DNA from: Camelus dromedarius | Lineage: Eukaryota | Length of the DNA: 64,000 nucleotides | Direction of reading: 5' to 3' | Assembly (NCBI RefSeq): GCF_036321535.1 | Contig: NC_087437.1 | Span: 78,742,001 to 78,806,000 of the forward strand | Shown here: piece after piece, positions 12,351 through 24,894 of the stretch | Numbering within the stretch: the first letter of the stretch is position 1 | Layout: every line of letters begins with the position of its first letter | Notes under the pieces: generated by a model | What the model was told of the DNA's origin: nothing | Seen by the model: only the letters and a program-made list of their open reading frames with translations | Databases searched by the model: none | Position numbers and translations under genes: made by a program

Positions 12351-14880
12351 CCTATGGATAGAGATAATATGCCTGGGGGCACTCACCTGAGCCCGCATTC
12401 CCCTTTTGAAACCAATGACCAATGTTGTGAGCTGGACTAGTACTTGCAGTACTTATTATGATTGCAAGACACTGTCAGCAATAACCACCTTGTCTTGAAA
12501 GAGACAAGGTTTATTACTCATAAATCCTAGAGGTTTCAATGGCATGACTGGGGCCATGTAGCAAGGTTCACTTTGTCTTTCTCTCTCTCTAGCTCTCTCT
12601 CTTTCCTGCCCAGAAACCTGGGACTAATATTCTACTTAACGAGCACTGCTACAGCTACTATGGTTGGTTCATCACATTACTGTTTCTTTTACTTCCTCAG
12701 TTTAATTTAAATTAATCATATATTTCTGTGCTTTTCCTTTAATAAATTATTACTTTTCTTACTTTTAGTGATTAATTTAAAATATGACTTGAATTATTAC
12801 TATATAACTTATTGCTATATAATAAATTATTTCACTTTACCACCCCTTAATATTGTCAGAACTTTAGATCCTTTAAACATATTTACCTCTTCTCTTTTTG
12901 TTTTATGATGTTTGTTTGCATACATTTTAAAGGACAAGATATTAAAATAATTATTTTAGATACTCAATATTCATTTATATTTACTCACTATTTACCTTTC
13001 CCATTGTTGAGGGGCATCTTTTCTTTTTTTGGGGGGGAGGGGGAAATATATTTTTGGGAGAAGGATATAATTCTAGATTGGTGCCTATTAACCTAAATAA
13101 TTTCTGTAATTTATTCATATTTTCTAGTTGTTCTCAGACGTAATGTTGGTTGGTCTGCCCCAAGATTCCCCATCCTACTTATGACTGGAAATTTGAGAGC
13201 ATGATTTTATCTTTCATTCATACATTCAATGGAAGAAAATAGGAATCTTCTTTTTGCAATCTAATTTATCATCATCGTTTTCATAATTCTTTCTCTCTGA
13301 AATCAAAATTATTACTCTTGTTTTCTAGACATCTTGCTTTATTCTATTATTAAATTGGATTTTTAAAAATTATAACTTCTACCTGGTTACTTTTCTACAT
13401 ATGAATTATACTGATTTTACAGTTTTTATTTTGTATTTGACAAACCTTATAAAGTACTTTATTAAGTTTATGACTTTCTTAATTTATTCCCTTTGGCTTT
13501 TTACTTTTACAGTAATATTTATACTTTAATCTGTGAAGTAATTATGTCTTTATACTTATGACATATATTCTATCTTTTTGTTTATTCAAATATTCTTTAA
13601 ATCATATGATATTCTCATTAAAATTATTTCTAAGTACTTCAAAACTGTTTTCCTGAGGCAACTTTAAATGTTCATATTTTTTTATCTTGTTATTGGTAAA
13701 TTAGAAAGTGTTTAAATTTTTTATTTATAAGTTCATCAATTTTATTCATTTTTTTGCTGATTGCCTTGGGTTTTATGGGTAAATAATTATATCTTTGATA
13801 CATTTAATAATTCACATTTATTAATTTGGTATAACATGATTAAGCATACAAATATTCATATATCTTTATATAATTGCTGTTGATACAACATTTCATTTCA
13901 GAGATTCAAATATACAGAATGAGAACTTTCTGCTTTTGAATTTTTGGAAACTCAACTCAATTTCTATTCTGAGTCCTCATCTTTCCCAGATATCAAAACT
14001 TAATCCAAATCAGCATTGGGCTCCATCAATATGGGTGCCTTCAACACTTCTCCAAGATAACTTATATAATGTCAAGACTTTATTAAGATATAGAGTGAGA
14101 AACACTGGATTTTTCATTCTTGCTAGGTGTTTTTCTACATTGACATCACTTAGAAAGCCACTGACCATTTGAGTTTGTGTCACTGTACCATGCATATTGC
14201 TACTGAATCATCTTGGTTCCCTGTAGCAATTTCTATAGATCTAGAAGGCATTTTGGTTCTTAAGGCATATTGGGCATACTGAAATCATCAGTCGTTACAC
14301 AGCACTGAGAGTTAGAAAATTCAGTGAACTTGAGGGCCTTTTACATTAGAGAACTGTTTCTTCCATTGAATGTTGATACAGCTACCAGTCCAGCCCAGAA
14401 AGTGCTGCAGAGATGTTCCTCACTCTTAAATCCCAGAAAATCATGAGAGTTCTACCACTTCTCTCATTAGTATGTTCTATACCTCAGGGACCCCAGTTTC
14501 TCCTCTCCAGAATAAGAAACCTCTACATATTCTTGAGTTAGAGAAGCTCTGGCTCATTAGAATTTTTTTTTTTTAATAATTTATTGCTTATGTCCTAAAA
14601 ACCTTTCTGGTACACTAAGGGCTTTGGCTTTTGAAAGACAGATTAAATAACTGACTTTTCTATCCACCTGTTTTCCATTAGTCTTTTCTCTGAATAGTAG
14701 ACATGCCAAACAGAAATTAGAAACTCAGAAAAAAAAATCCTCAAAACTGAAGCATCAATTAATGTAAAACATCATGCTCTCTTATTCATTACACATCTGT
14801 GTTTTGCCTTAGTTTATAATTGTTTCCATTTTATTTTTCATATATGATACATATTAGCGTATATATATTAGGTGTTCTTT

Positions 14881-15053
14881 TAATTTTTTATTTAATTTTA
14901 TTTTTTAATTGAGTTATAGTCAGTTTACAATGTTGTGTCAATTTCTAGTGCACAGCACAATTTTTCAGTCATACACGAATATACATATATTCTTTTTCAT
15001 ATTCTTTTTCACTGTGAGCTACTACAAGATCTTGTATATATTTCCCCGTGCTA
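14881..15053 (-). mobile_element. Very short (~170 bp) 3'-terminal L1 insertion, related to the 5783-8608 family
   Basis: Near reverse complement of 8449-8608 (TTTACAATGTTGTGTCAATTTCTAGTG...ACAAGATCTTGTATATATTTCCC). Possible degenerate TSD GTGTTCTTTT / GTGTACTTTT. Confidence 0.9.
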
Positions 15054-16194
15054 CGTGTACTTTTTAAAAGCATCATAGAACAATCACCATTGTCATCATC
15101 ATCTCTATTAAGTATTGAGCACTTACTTTGCTCCAGAATTTTTAGTACTATGCAAATATAAAACTATACAATCTGAAAAAGATTAATAGTGATAAAATTT
15201 TACGTATTTATGTGTATGTTAATAATGTACTAATGCCTTTATGTTTATGATTTTCATGTTTATGTAATTTTGCTGTTGCTTTATTTTCTATTTTATTCTG
15301 CTTGGTTTTCTATTTTCTTCTGCATGGTCATCAGTTTGCTTTCTTTACTATTGGATACATTTGAGAAGTATACCTTCTGCTCTTAATTCACTCTCTCTGT
15401 ATTTGAAAACTCTGCTTTTACTTATATTTCTTTAATTATTGTATTCTAATTTCTCCCTGCATAGGAACGACTTTAGGTTAATTTGATTTTAGTTAATCAT
15501 TAGACTGCTCAATTAGTTTTTGTTCATGTAAGTTCTTTGGGTCATCATTTCACAGCATTTTTACTGTATACTGTTTTTAGGAATTAAATTAAATTTATCT
15601 TTTTATGTATAACTTCTTTTAGATTTTTCTTGATTTATGCCATTTCACTGTTTAGTGAAGGTATTATTTTTTGGTCACACTATTTCATTTTTGAGTTTAT
15701 AATTTAGTCTAAGGGTGAGATGGAGTACTACTTTAAATAATGTTTTATTTTACAAAAAATAATTTTTTAACATTTCCAAAAGGATGAGTTATTTTTACAT
15801 TTTGAGTTATAAACTTTTAAAATATTATTGACAACGCTCTGCTGTCTGAGTAATTACTACTATAGATGGGATAGCTTTTGTATTTATTATCTCTTTCATA
15901 ATTTTCATTTTCACTTCCTTCTCTCCAGTATGAGCAAAATTTTTAATCTTACATGCTGTTACTAAGAATTTTCTTAACTTTAGCATGGCCATATTGCTTA
16001 TGAAATTTGAGTTTTCTTATAATGCCTTTTTATTTCCCTGAGTTTTCTTTATATCTTCTTTTTTAATCTCTGAAGAAAATTATCTCAATTATCAGTCTCT
16101 TTGAGAGTCATTCATTCATTCTAGTATTTCTCCTTATGGGTATCTGTTCTTATTTTAAGGAAAGTCATCAGTATCTTTTTGCATTATTTATATC

Positions 16195-17914
16195 ATCTAT
16201 AAGGGCACCAGCCCACCTGCCAAGACTTCGGCCAGTTTACTGATGTCACAAGGATCATCTCCCTCCTGGTGGGGTTCTCCACTGGCCAAATGCAATACTT
16301 GAATCTCATCAAGAAGGACACCAGCACAGCACTCAATGATTAATGGCTAATTGACAAGACCAAGGTGATATAGACATCAGGAAAGCACCTATGCACCTGC
16401 GCCAGCCCCAGTACCTGCTGACGCAGGGTCAGGGCTTCCCTGTTTACACTGCCAAGAGCAAGGGTCCCGTGACCCACTGCACAAGTCGGCCTTCTCAGCC
16501 CACTGCTTGCGCCTAGCCTGTGTCAGCCAAAGCGGCTGCAGGCTTGTCCCCACTTACACTCCATTCCCGCTGGGCTCATAAAGAGTTACTTGAGGGACCT
16601 GCTCTGCTTGTTCTGGAACCTTGACTGCCGCTATGTGCTGACGGATGGCAAAGATTACCTGGTCACCGTGTGGTCCTTCACTGAAGGCCGAGTAGTGCCT
16701 TACGCCACAGTCACGGGTCCTGGGTCAAAGCTGTGGCCTTGGACCTCTGCTTCACCGGGGCTGAGTGGTCGGCGGCAGCCAGCAGTGAGCAAGTGGAGGA
16801 GAGAGGCAGAGGAGGGCCCCGAAGCTGCTGACAAGAGGCCGACCGCCTTCTCCCCTCAGCCAAGCCGGGTTCCGTCAGCGCCTGGCGGCAGGGCACGCAG
16901 GCCTCTGCGCATGCGCCTTATTCTCTCCGACGCGCGCACCTGCGCGCTCATAGCCCTGGAGCAGCGGCGCCTGCAGGGTAACTCCCGCCCTGGCCCACAG
17001 CGAGTTCTGCTCCTACTCCTGCTCGAACAGCCCCGCACCCCGTGGACAGCACAGACACAGAGGCTGAGCTGCAGTTCTTATTCACCCTCTGCCGGAGCCA
17101 CACCAGTCAGGGCGGCTTTGGGAGCAGGGACAGTGAGGACAAGCCGAGAGGCCGGGTCCTCTGAGGCCCAGTGGCCCCAGCCCAAGCGCTGCGCACAGCG
17201 CTGCACCAGTGTATCCCTGAGGTGCTGGTGCTAGTACCCTGGCGGGCAGTAAGATGGCCCAGGGGCAGCCCCAGCTCTCTTCCTGGAGGACTGCATGGCC
17301 ACAGCCCGCTGGGAGGCCCTCATCTGCAGCTGGGCCAGCCGAGCAAGGCCTCCACAGATGAGACGAGGCCTCGGCAGGAGAAGGAAGTTGGCCAGGTCAC
17401 CCAGCAAGTATGTGGTAGGGGACGTCTCCCAACCAGGTAAGTCCTCAAGGCATTGTGATGTGAAGGCATGAATGTCGGGGACCCCCACCCCTTGCCTAAT
17501 CCTCCCCACTGACCTCACTGATTAACTCATTAACAAGATTAACCATGGTCCATGAACTGCTAGGGTCTCCACCCTGCACAGATTTGGAGAGTGGGCAGAA
17601 GATTCCCATACTGGCTCCCACAGAGACAAGGGGATATGCAGCAACAATGGGGCCTCATCTTGTCCCCACTCACAGGCACAACCATTGACCCTTTCCTCTG
17701 CCTGTGCCAGAGTTAGCGTCTTCCCCGTCCCCAGCATATGACTGGTCATTCCCCAGCTATCTGCAGTGTGCACCTCTCTGTCCAGTGGGCAGAGCAGAGA
17801 TGGGGTACACTTTTGCTACTACTGTCTGTGCTTTCAGAGTGTTAAATTGTAGAAGCCTCTTGGGTCCTCTCTGTTCCCCAGGACCTTTGTTTATACTAAA
17901 GCTCCCTGTTTTTT
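16195..17914 (+). pseudogene. DMWD: Processed pseudogene (retrocopy) of DMWD, a WD40 protein of the WDR20 family; 5'-truncated, frameshifted, internally deleted
   Basis: Translates as IYKGT/PTCQDFGQFTDVTRIISLLVGFSTGQMQYLNLIKKDTSTALND*WLIDKTKV (DMWD: IYKGTQPTCHDFNQFTAATETISLLVGFSAGQVQYLDLIKKDTSKLFNEERLIDKTKV). Also GLIKSYLRDLLCLFWNLDCRYVLTDGKDYLVTVWSFTEGRVV, LFLEDC, a degenerate WARPGKAFTDE-like segment and a C-terminal ...GIVM* near 17463, then 3'UTR-like sequence. Recalled exon junctions are contiguous with no introns. Confidence 0.92.
16741..17210. promoter_or_regulatory. CpG island within the DMWD retrocopy, with NRF1 and GC-box motifs; candidate promoter
   Basis: About 33 CpGs by hand count in ~460 bp against a CpG-poor background. 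TGCGCATGCGC at 16906-16916, CCCGCCC at 16984-16990, GGGCGG at 17110-17115. Confidence 0.6.
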
Positions 17915-20900
17915 GATATTATATTCTTGAAATGAATTTCCTCTGACTCTTTAAGATGATGTGCCTTCTCCTTATGCTTTGGTTTCTCATATATGTTTAT
18001 TTTTTAGGCACTTGCCAACATAAGTGATTGATGTAGTTTAAAATAGCTCACATTCTGTTTGGTTGCTGGTAGTATCTACTTTGCAGCCAAAGAAAAGCTT
18101 GATGTGAACGGGTCATGTCATATGATGTTTAGGAGACATTCACATAGACTAATTCCATTGGATTGAGGGCAGATCTAATACCCTCCTCACGGTTCTCTAT
18201 ACCAATGAACTATGTGGGGGGGGGGGGAAGACAAGCTGTGGTATTCTAGAATTCTTCTTATAATTCTTTTCTCTCTAGTGTACAAATACTACTTATAGAA
18301 AACACATAATTACATTCATCCTAAATTGTATCCTTATCTATAATTCCTGACATGCAATAGATTGCCATTCCTTTCAAAGTATCTCTGCACCTCTCATTCC
18401 TACCATATGTAAATCCTGCATCAATTTCCCCCTCAATAAATACAGTCCCCAACACCCAACCCTGCCAGCTATTCTCTTTACCTCAGTGTATGCTCTTCTC
18501 CAAATTATTCTCTACATCAAGGACAGGATATATTTACCTAAAATATAAATTCATGTATGCCATTTATTTACTGAATATCTTCATAGGCCCACCTAGTGAC
18601 CTAGTATAGTAATAAAAATGGCACAGGAAATGAAAAGTGACTAATCTCATCTCTTCCTCCCAAGTAATTGATACGTACCTATTTACAAATAAGGTTTACT
18701 TATCTCTTAGATATTTACACTGTTTACACTACAGTGATAGTGCCAAAAAGTGGATGGCTTGGAGTATTAAGTCCATAATCTGTATTAATCCTTCCATTAC
18801 AATCCCCCCAAATATACAATCTAGATAAATACGGAGTAATTGCTTTGCTTGTGTAGGTTCAAAACAAATCTTACAATTCCCTCCTTCAAACCAGATTGAC
18901 ACCCTGAGATAACTCACAACCTGGGATCGTTAAAATTCCACCAAAATGGGAGCTCTTAGCTAATGTCAAAATTTACTAATAATTTCAACATTTCAGAAAT
19001 AACAGTAAATGTGAGACATAGGTGAAGAAGCATGGAGTAGTGCAGGACTCTGCACAGCTTCCCAGGTTGTTTCTTGCTGTATTAGGATGTACTCTGGTTT
19101 GATTTTAACATCCTTCATCCCTAAATGATGCATGTAAGTCACACAAAAGTGAGGTAATTTGTTTATGAAACATCTACATGTTATACCTTGATAATTACAT
19201 AGTTTGTATTACATTTTCAAGGGTCCCAAAATACCATGTTTATTTTCCACAAACTTCTGAACAGTACATCTTGCAGTGCATCTCAAATATAAGGATTCTT
19301 TTACTACCAAATACCAGATATATGTGTTTACCAGAAGGACTCTCATTAGCATGTTTGTAAAGGGATTGGACCAGGTCATCATTCTTTTTCCTTTTCTGCA
19401 GCATCCCCACAGGTAAAGAGAGACAGTGTAGTCCTGTTTCCGACATTTCCTTTTCCACACAACAATCTTCTAATGTACAGAAATTTAATATCATCTGTGG
19501 TTGATTATCACTATTTACATACCCATCCCATGCCCATTAATTATGGTATACACAAAATTCTATAGCATATCATTGTGTATGGATCCTGTATAGATGTACA
19601 ACTGAATGATCATTAGGATAATAAATTTTACCTAGCTGAAGTAACAGAGGATGAATATAGACCATGATGTTTCTGATTTTTCTAGAGGTATCTGCTCATA
19701 TTTCAGGACTACTTTGGGATTTATTCAGCATAGAGTAAAAGTGATAATAAAAATTATTAATTGCATGGATCATTTGATTTTATTCATATATTTTAGTGGA
19801 GAAACACCTAAATTAGAGAGCACAGTTGCCTTTAAAATGGTATATTTATAGGAAAAATCTACATTTTAATATCAAGTCATATTTTCTTTGTCATGATACC
19901 TAGCTGCCCTCTGTTTAAAGGCTTGTTTCTATTTATTCTGTGAATTGGACAGGAATAACCTTTCTATACTAACAGTAATATCTATGTAGATCTTGTTCTT
20001 TTCCATCTGTTTTATCTATGATCAAAACAAAAACTCATGATATTTGAATTCGAACATTTTGAGTGAGAGACCTTACTGTTTCACGAAGCCTCATGCTCCA
20101 GTAAAACATTACTGTGAAAAAGGAAAGTTTCATTGATTTGACAGCTTCCTTGTTAATATAAAAAGATTTAAAATTTCTTTTTCTTAAAAAAACCTTCAAA
20201 TTACTGCTTTGTATTTACTACCACATTTTCGAATAATACATTTGCAAAGAACTTGTGATGCTTGCTGAAAAAAGAATATCCTGTGTTGTTTATTATTTAT
20301 CCCCATGTTACATAATTACTCTGTAAACTACTATTTGTTCCTATTGTTACATCTTGGTTCACAACTTTTCATTGAATTATTTTACATAGGTACTGATTGA
20401 TCGATCTATCTATGTATCTATCAATCAATCTATATAATGAATATTATATGCTACATATATGTATACATAACAAAATGGCATATCTATTAAATAAAAATAC
20501 ATGCGTTTGGCACAGTGAAACATTTCCAATATGACAGAACTTACAAACAAAACCATTTTATTGAGTAGGAATATTCAATGAATAATTCTGTCAAATTGAA
20601 TAGAATTTTCTTTAGCAAGTGTTCATAGAAAAACTTTGTTTTCAGTTAGAGAAATTATTCTGCATCCATAGTTGTGTAACATTTTTAACTTTTGGTTCAC
20701 ATTAATTCTTTGTAAATATTGTTCTCATTTTAAAAATGAAGAACTTTGATTAGTTTAGCAATGAAACTTGTGCTCATTTTGATTCACAATTACTAGTTTA
20801 GTTTATTTTTCTAGTCACAATTTGATAGATAGTCTATGGGTCTGTTTATGAAGGCCCAAACAAACAACCTCTGGAAAACAACTAAAAAGATTTGTTTTGG

Positions 20901-23900
20901 TGCCTTACGTATAAGCTCATCAAACTTGTTGAGATCCCAGTCTCCTTAATATTATAAATTCGTAAACTAACTAGGTAAATAACTAATGAAGAGCTCTTTG
21001 GTTAGGTGCAGTTAACAGACATGAAGGTCAGGAGAGAAAGAGAGACAGAGTTAAGGGAAGGGTGGGGGAAAAAGAGGGAGGGTGAGAGAGAGGCAGAGTG
21101 GAGAAAGAGAAAGGGAGATACATAGATATTAGGTAGTAAGTAAGAAAATGAACATGCATGAGAAAGAACAGGAGAAAAATGAAATTTTCCCATATGGTTA
21201 GTAAATAAAACCAAACTAAATTATCAGTAAAAGCTCAGAAGCTATCAAAATTCAAGACATAATAGCAAGCAGATTTTCTTTTTCATGGAAAACTTCTTGC
21301 TAAACTGATGTAGAAAATAACTATTTTTCTGTTTCTGTGCAGATGGCATAAGAGTAAAAGTAGGCAGTGTGTCTAGATGTGATGTCTAAGATTTTCCACA
21401 TGTAGTATATGTCGTATATGTCTTTTGAAAACCAGTTATGTATCCCTGATGCCTTTACATGGGTGATGGATGATATCACTTGAATCAGCAAAACAGATGC
21501 ACCCATCCATTTCAAATCTAAATGCAACTTAAAAATGCAAGAGGAGCTAACTCCTGGTAATTTAACAGCTTAGTACACCTTTGAGACAAGACAAAATGAT
21601 TGAAAAGGAAAAGTAAATTTCATACGATAATGTATTTTAGAAGCATTTTCTTGCTTTTTTCAAGCCCCTAATTGTGCATTACAACAAACTATTAGTTTTC
21701 TTAAGATATTTATAATAAGCCATTATATTTCCCAGTGTCTCCATGTAAAAGAATCACATGGTGCTTTGCAGATGACAGGATATGTGACTTAATCACCCCT
21801 CAAGTGAACTTATCTTTCAGTTGAACAATGTGAAGTTCTTTGCTAATTACATTTCAGTGCATTGAAAACTAACTTGTCTAAATTATTGGTTTGAAACCAT
21901 AACCAGACTTTTATAGGATAGAATGTCTTGGAATGTAGACAGAACACTGAAGCTAAATTATTCTGTATACCGAAATAGTGTTGATTTATCTGGCTAGAAG
22001 GGCATAATTAAATATTTGCTAACTCATTAATTATCAGCCAAACTAGCATATTTCAAGTAGAAGAGAAAAGCAGATATATTACTCTTTATCACATGTGGCA
22101 CACTTGTATCTGTTGGTCTTCAATTGCACCTAAATATTCTTAAGGCACATTTTAGTGATTGCAACCCATAAGTATTTTCTCTGATGAGAAGGACATAAAA
22201 CAATGTGTTATGATTTTTTCTGATCCAGTAGCAAAGTTGTTAAAGGTATATATTCAAGTTTTATAGCATAGAGACTATGACAAGTAATTTTTTTTTTTTT
22301 TGGTCTTTTTGAACTTGTGACAACAAATGAAAATTTGGTCATTGAACATTCAGGGTTATTTCTACCTTATAGATAAACCAACCAGAGACTAATACAATGA
22401 TGAAATTTCTGTCGTTGTGATCTACTGTCTGTCTAAGTAACTTTTTGTTGAAGTCTTAATGAGATAACATCCATTTCCTTACATTTGTAGATTGCTAGAA
22501 CCTTGCTATATAATGAGTGTGTAACATGGGAAGGCGTATCTAAGATATAGATTAACTGAATTCAAATATGTTGACTCCAGTCTCTTTTTATCTGCATTTA
22601 TAACATTTTTCTTTCACTTATTAAGGTTTTTAATATTTCACACTAGTAACCCAATGACACATTTTTTATACCAAGTTATCTATAACATCTTTGGACACAT
22701 GCCCTTTAGGATTACCCACCTCCCTACCTAGGCAATAAAAATTAACATTTTTCTAGTGATGAGATTTTGACTCCTACCACATTGGAGTATAGTTTAATAT
22801 TTATTATCCATGAAAGCAGAGTGAGTTTTAAACTAGATAAAATATGTTCTTCTCTTCTTAATTAAAGGAATTTTTTTTCAGTTTTCTATTTCCTGTGTTT
22901 ATATTGAAGAATACATACCAAACCACATTCTATTCGGTTTTGTTGTGATTACTAGATTCTTCTTATACATGCCTATTAAGTTTATTTCCTCATTTAGTAT
23001 ATATAATAATGAGATCACAGCAGGTTTCCATGGTGTTCTTAGATTATAGAATAATTTTTGAATGCAATATTCTGATTCCCCAAGTTTGACAGAATGCTTC
23101 TGACAGTATCACAGCCACACAAAACCAGTAGAAAGCCACATATACATTATTTCCTAAAAGCTGTCTCATTTACACCAGTTCTTACAGAGATGACAGACAT
23201 TCCAGCCCTAAATGAATGAGGGACAGTAGTTGGTGATTGCTCATTGACATGAATTGAAACAGCCCTCCTGGAAGCCATTTTGGCTTTCTTGCTTCTCTTT
23301 GTGTAGACAGAAAAATCTAATTTAAGACCTAGAAGTAAATGAGTCCTTGTCATTTTATTTCCTGATTCATCATCTTATATTAGATAGACTTGGAGTTATA
23401 TTCAAAATGATATTATGTAACCCAATGAAGCACAGCATAACCTGTCATATCCTAATATAATAAGATATGATGTATTGGAAATCATTTAAAGCAATCACTT
23501 CATTTAAGGTTGGGTACCTACTATTGATTCATGTGGATTTTTATCCTGAATTAATTTTGCTAAAAGTAAAACAGTGTTATTAGGATAAAAACTCCTCTCA
23601 AATCTTTGTAAGTTGACTGAATTTTTTTTTTTTTTTTTTGTATTTGCTATAGCTTTAGTAGTCCCTTGCATGGCTATAATACCTACTTTAATGATAGAAG
23701 TATTTTGCATGCATTCTTTCTTGTCACCTTTTCTTCTTGTTTGCTGTACATCCTTCTTTATTTTAGTTTTTCTATAGACATTTGAATGAACCTAGCAAAA
23801 ACTCAGTAAAGAGAATAATAAGGACATGCCCTATATTAATATTGCTTAAGGATGAGTAGGGTTTTTTTTAACTATTGCAATCTTACTGGGATTAGGATGA

Positions 23901-24599
23901 CAAGAAGAAGCATATTATATCCATAGTAACAGCTATATTATGGTAAAATAGTAAACCCTTTATAAAAAAAGAGAGAGAATTACAGTGCGACATAATTCTC
24001 TTCACTAAATTAGGTAAAGACACTATAAACAGTTTAATATATTTTATTAAAAAATCTTAGATGAGCTATTAAATCTTTTGATTATACAAATGAGACTTAG
24101 CAACTTTTTAGATCTGGTATTTCCCACTTAGAATCTAAGTGCAAAAGAGTACTTAAAAGATAATAATATCCGTCAGTTATTTTGGGGGGGAGGTTGATTT
24201 TAATTTTTGTTTGTTTTGGTTTTGATTTATTACTTTTTCTTTTTCCCATGTAATGGGAGAGGGCAGGAGACTCTTCTTATGCATGTGACATATTTCCAGA
24301 TGAAGATTGGTGTTTCTCAAATTTCCAGCAGTAACCATGAAAAGTAGTGAATCTATGTCAACTACACTATTATTCCCCCTTTTCAGTTGTGTTCTTCTGA
24401 TACCCTTAAAGATAAGGGTGTATACCGAGTAAGCATGAAATCTATAGTAGCACTTGTCTATTTGGGAGTATATACCTAGAATATAAAAATTTGTCAATTT
24501 TCTTCAAAAACAGAAAGATTATGAGTTTGTTTTTTTTTTAAACACAGAAACAGATTCTGTGGACTTTATACATTGTTCCTTATCCAATAAATAGATACA

Positions 24600-24820
24600 T
24601 GGCCTGAGATGAATCTAACTCATCCTAAGTTATCTTATTAGGATAAAGTATTTAGGGAACAATCATAGGTAGCTCTTTAGCATAAACTATCCAGTATGTT
24701 CCAGGGGTCCACTGTGAATAACAGAGGAACTCCTATCATCCTGGAAATTCTAAGGGGTTTAGTGTCTTTCTCCCAGAAATAAGGGACAAAGCTCATCCAA
24801 TTTTTTTATGTGTATACAGG
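24600..24820. mobile_element. MER21-like LTR fragment
   Basis: TTAGCATAAACTATCCAG...ACTCCTATCATCCTGGAAATTCTAAGGGGTTTAG...CCCAGAAATAAGGGACAAAG matches the recalled MER21 terminus. Confidence 0.6.
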
Positions 24821-24894
24821 ATGTTGTACAATAAATATTTACTAGCTTTGCTAAATTCGGATTGTAATTTAACCTTTGTTCCTGAGCTTCATCA

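Noticed and set aside
16590..17234. 214-aa ORF as a functional DMWD retrogene
   Set aside because: It starts at TTG, only the first ~36 aa are in the DMWD frame before a frameshift, and upstream sequence has stops. The long open frame is expected in GC-rich DNA.
23147..23353. Short ORFs in unique DNA (for example this 68-aa ORF, and 42559-42771) as coding exons
   Set aside because: No recognisable homology and no consistent multi-exon reading frame. Lengths are within chance expectation.
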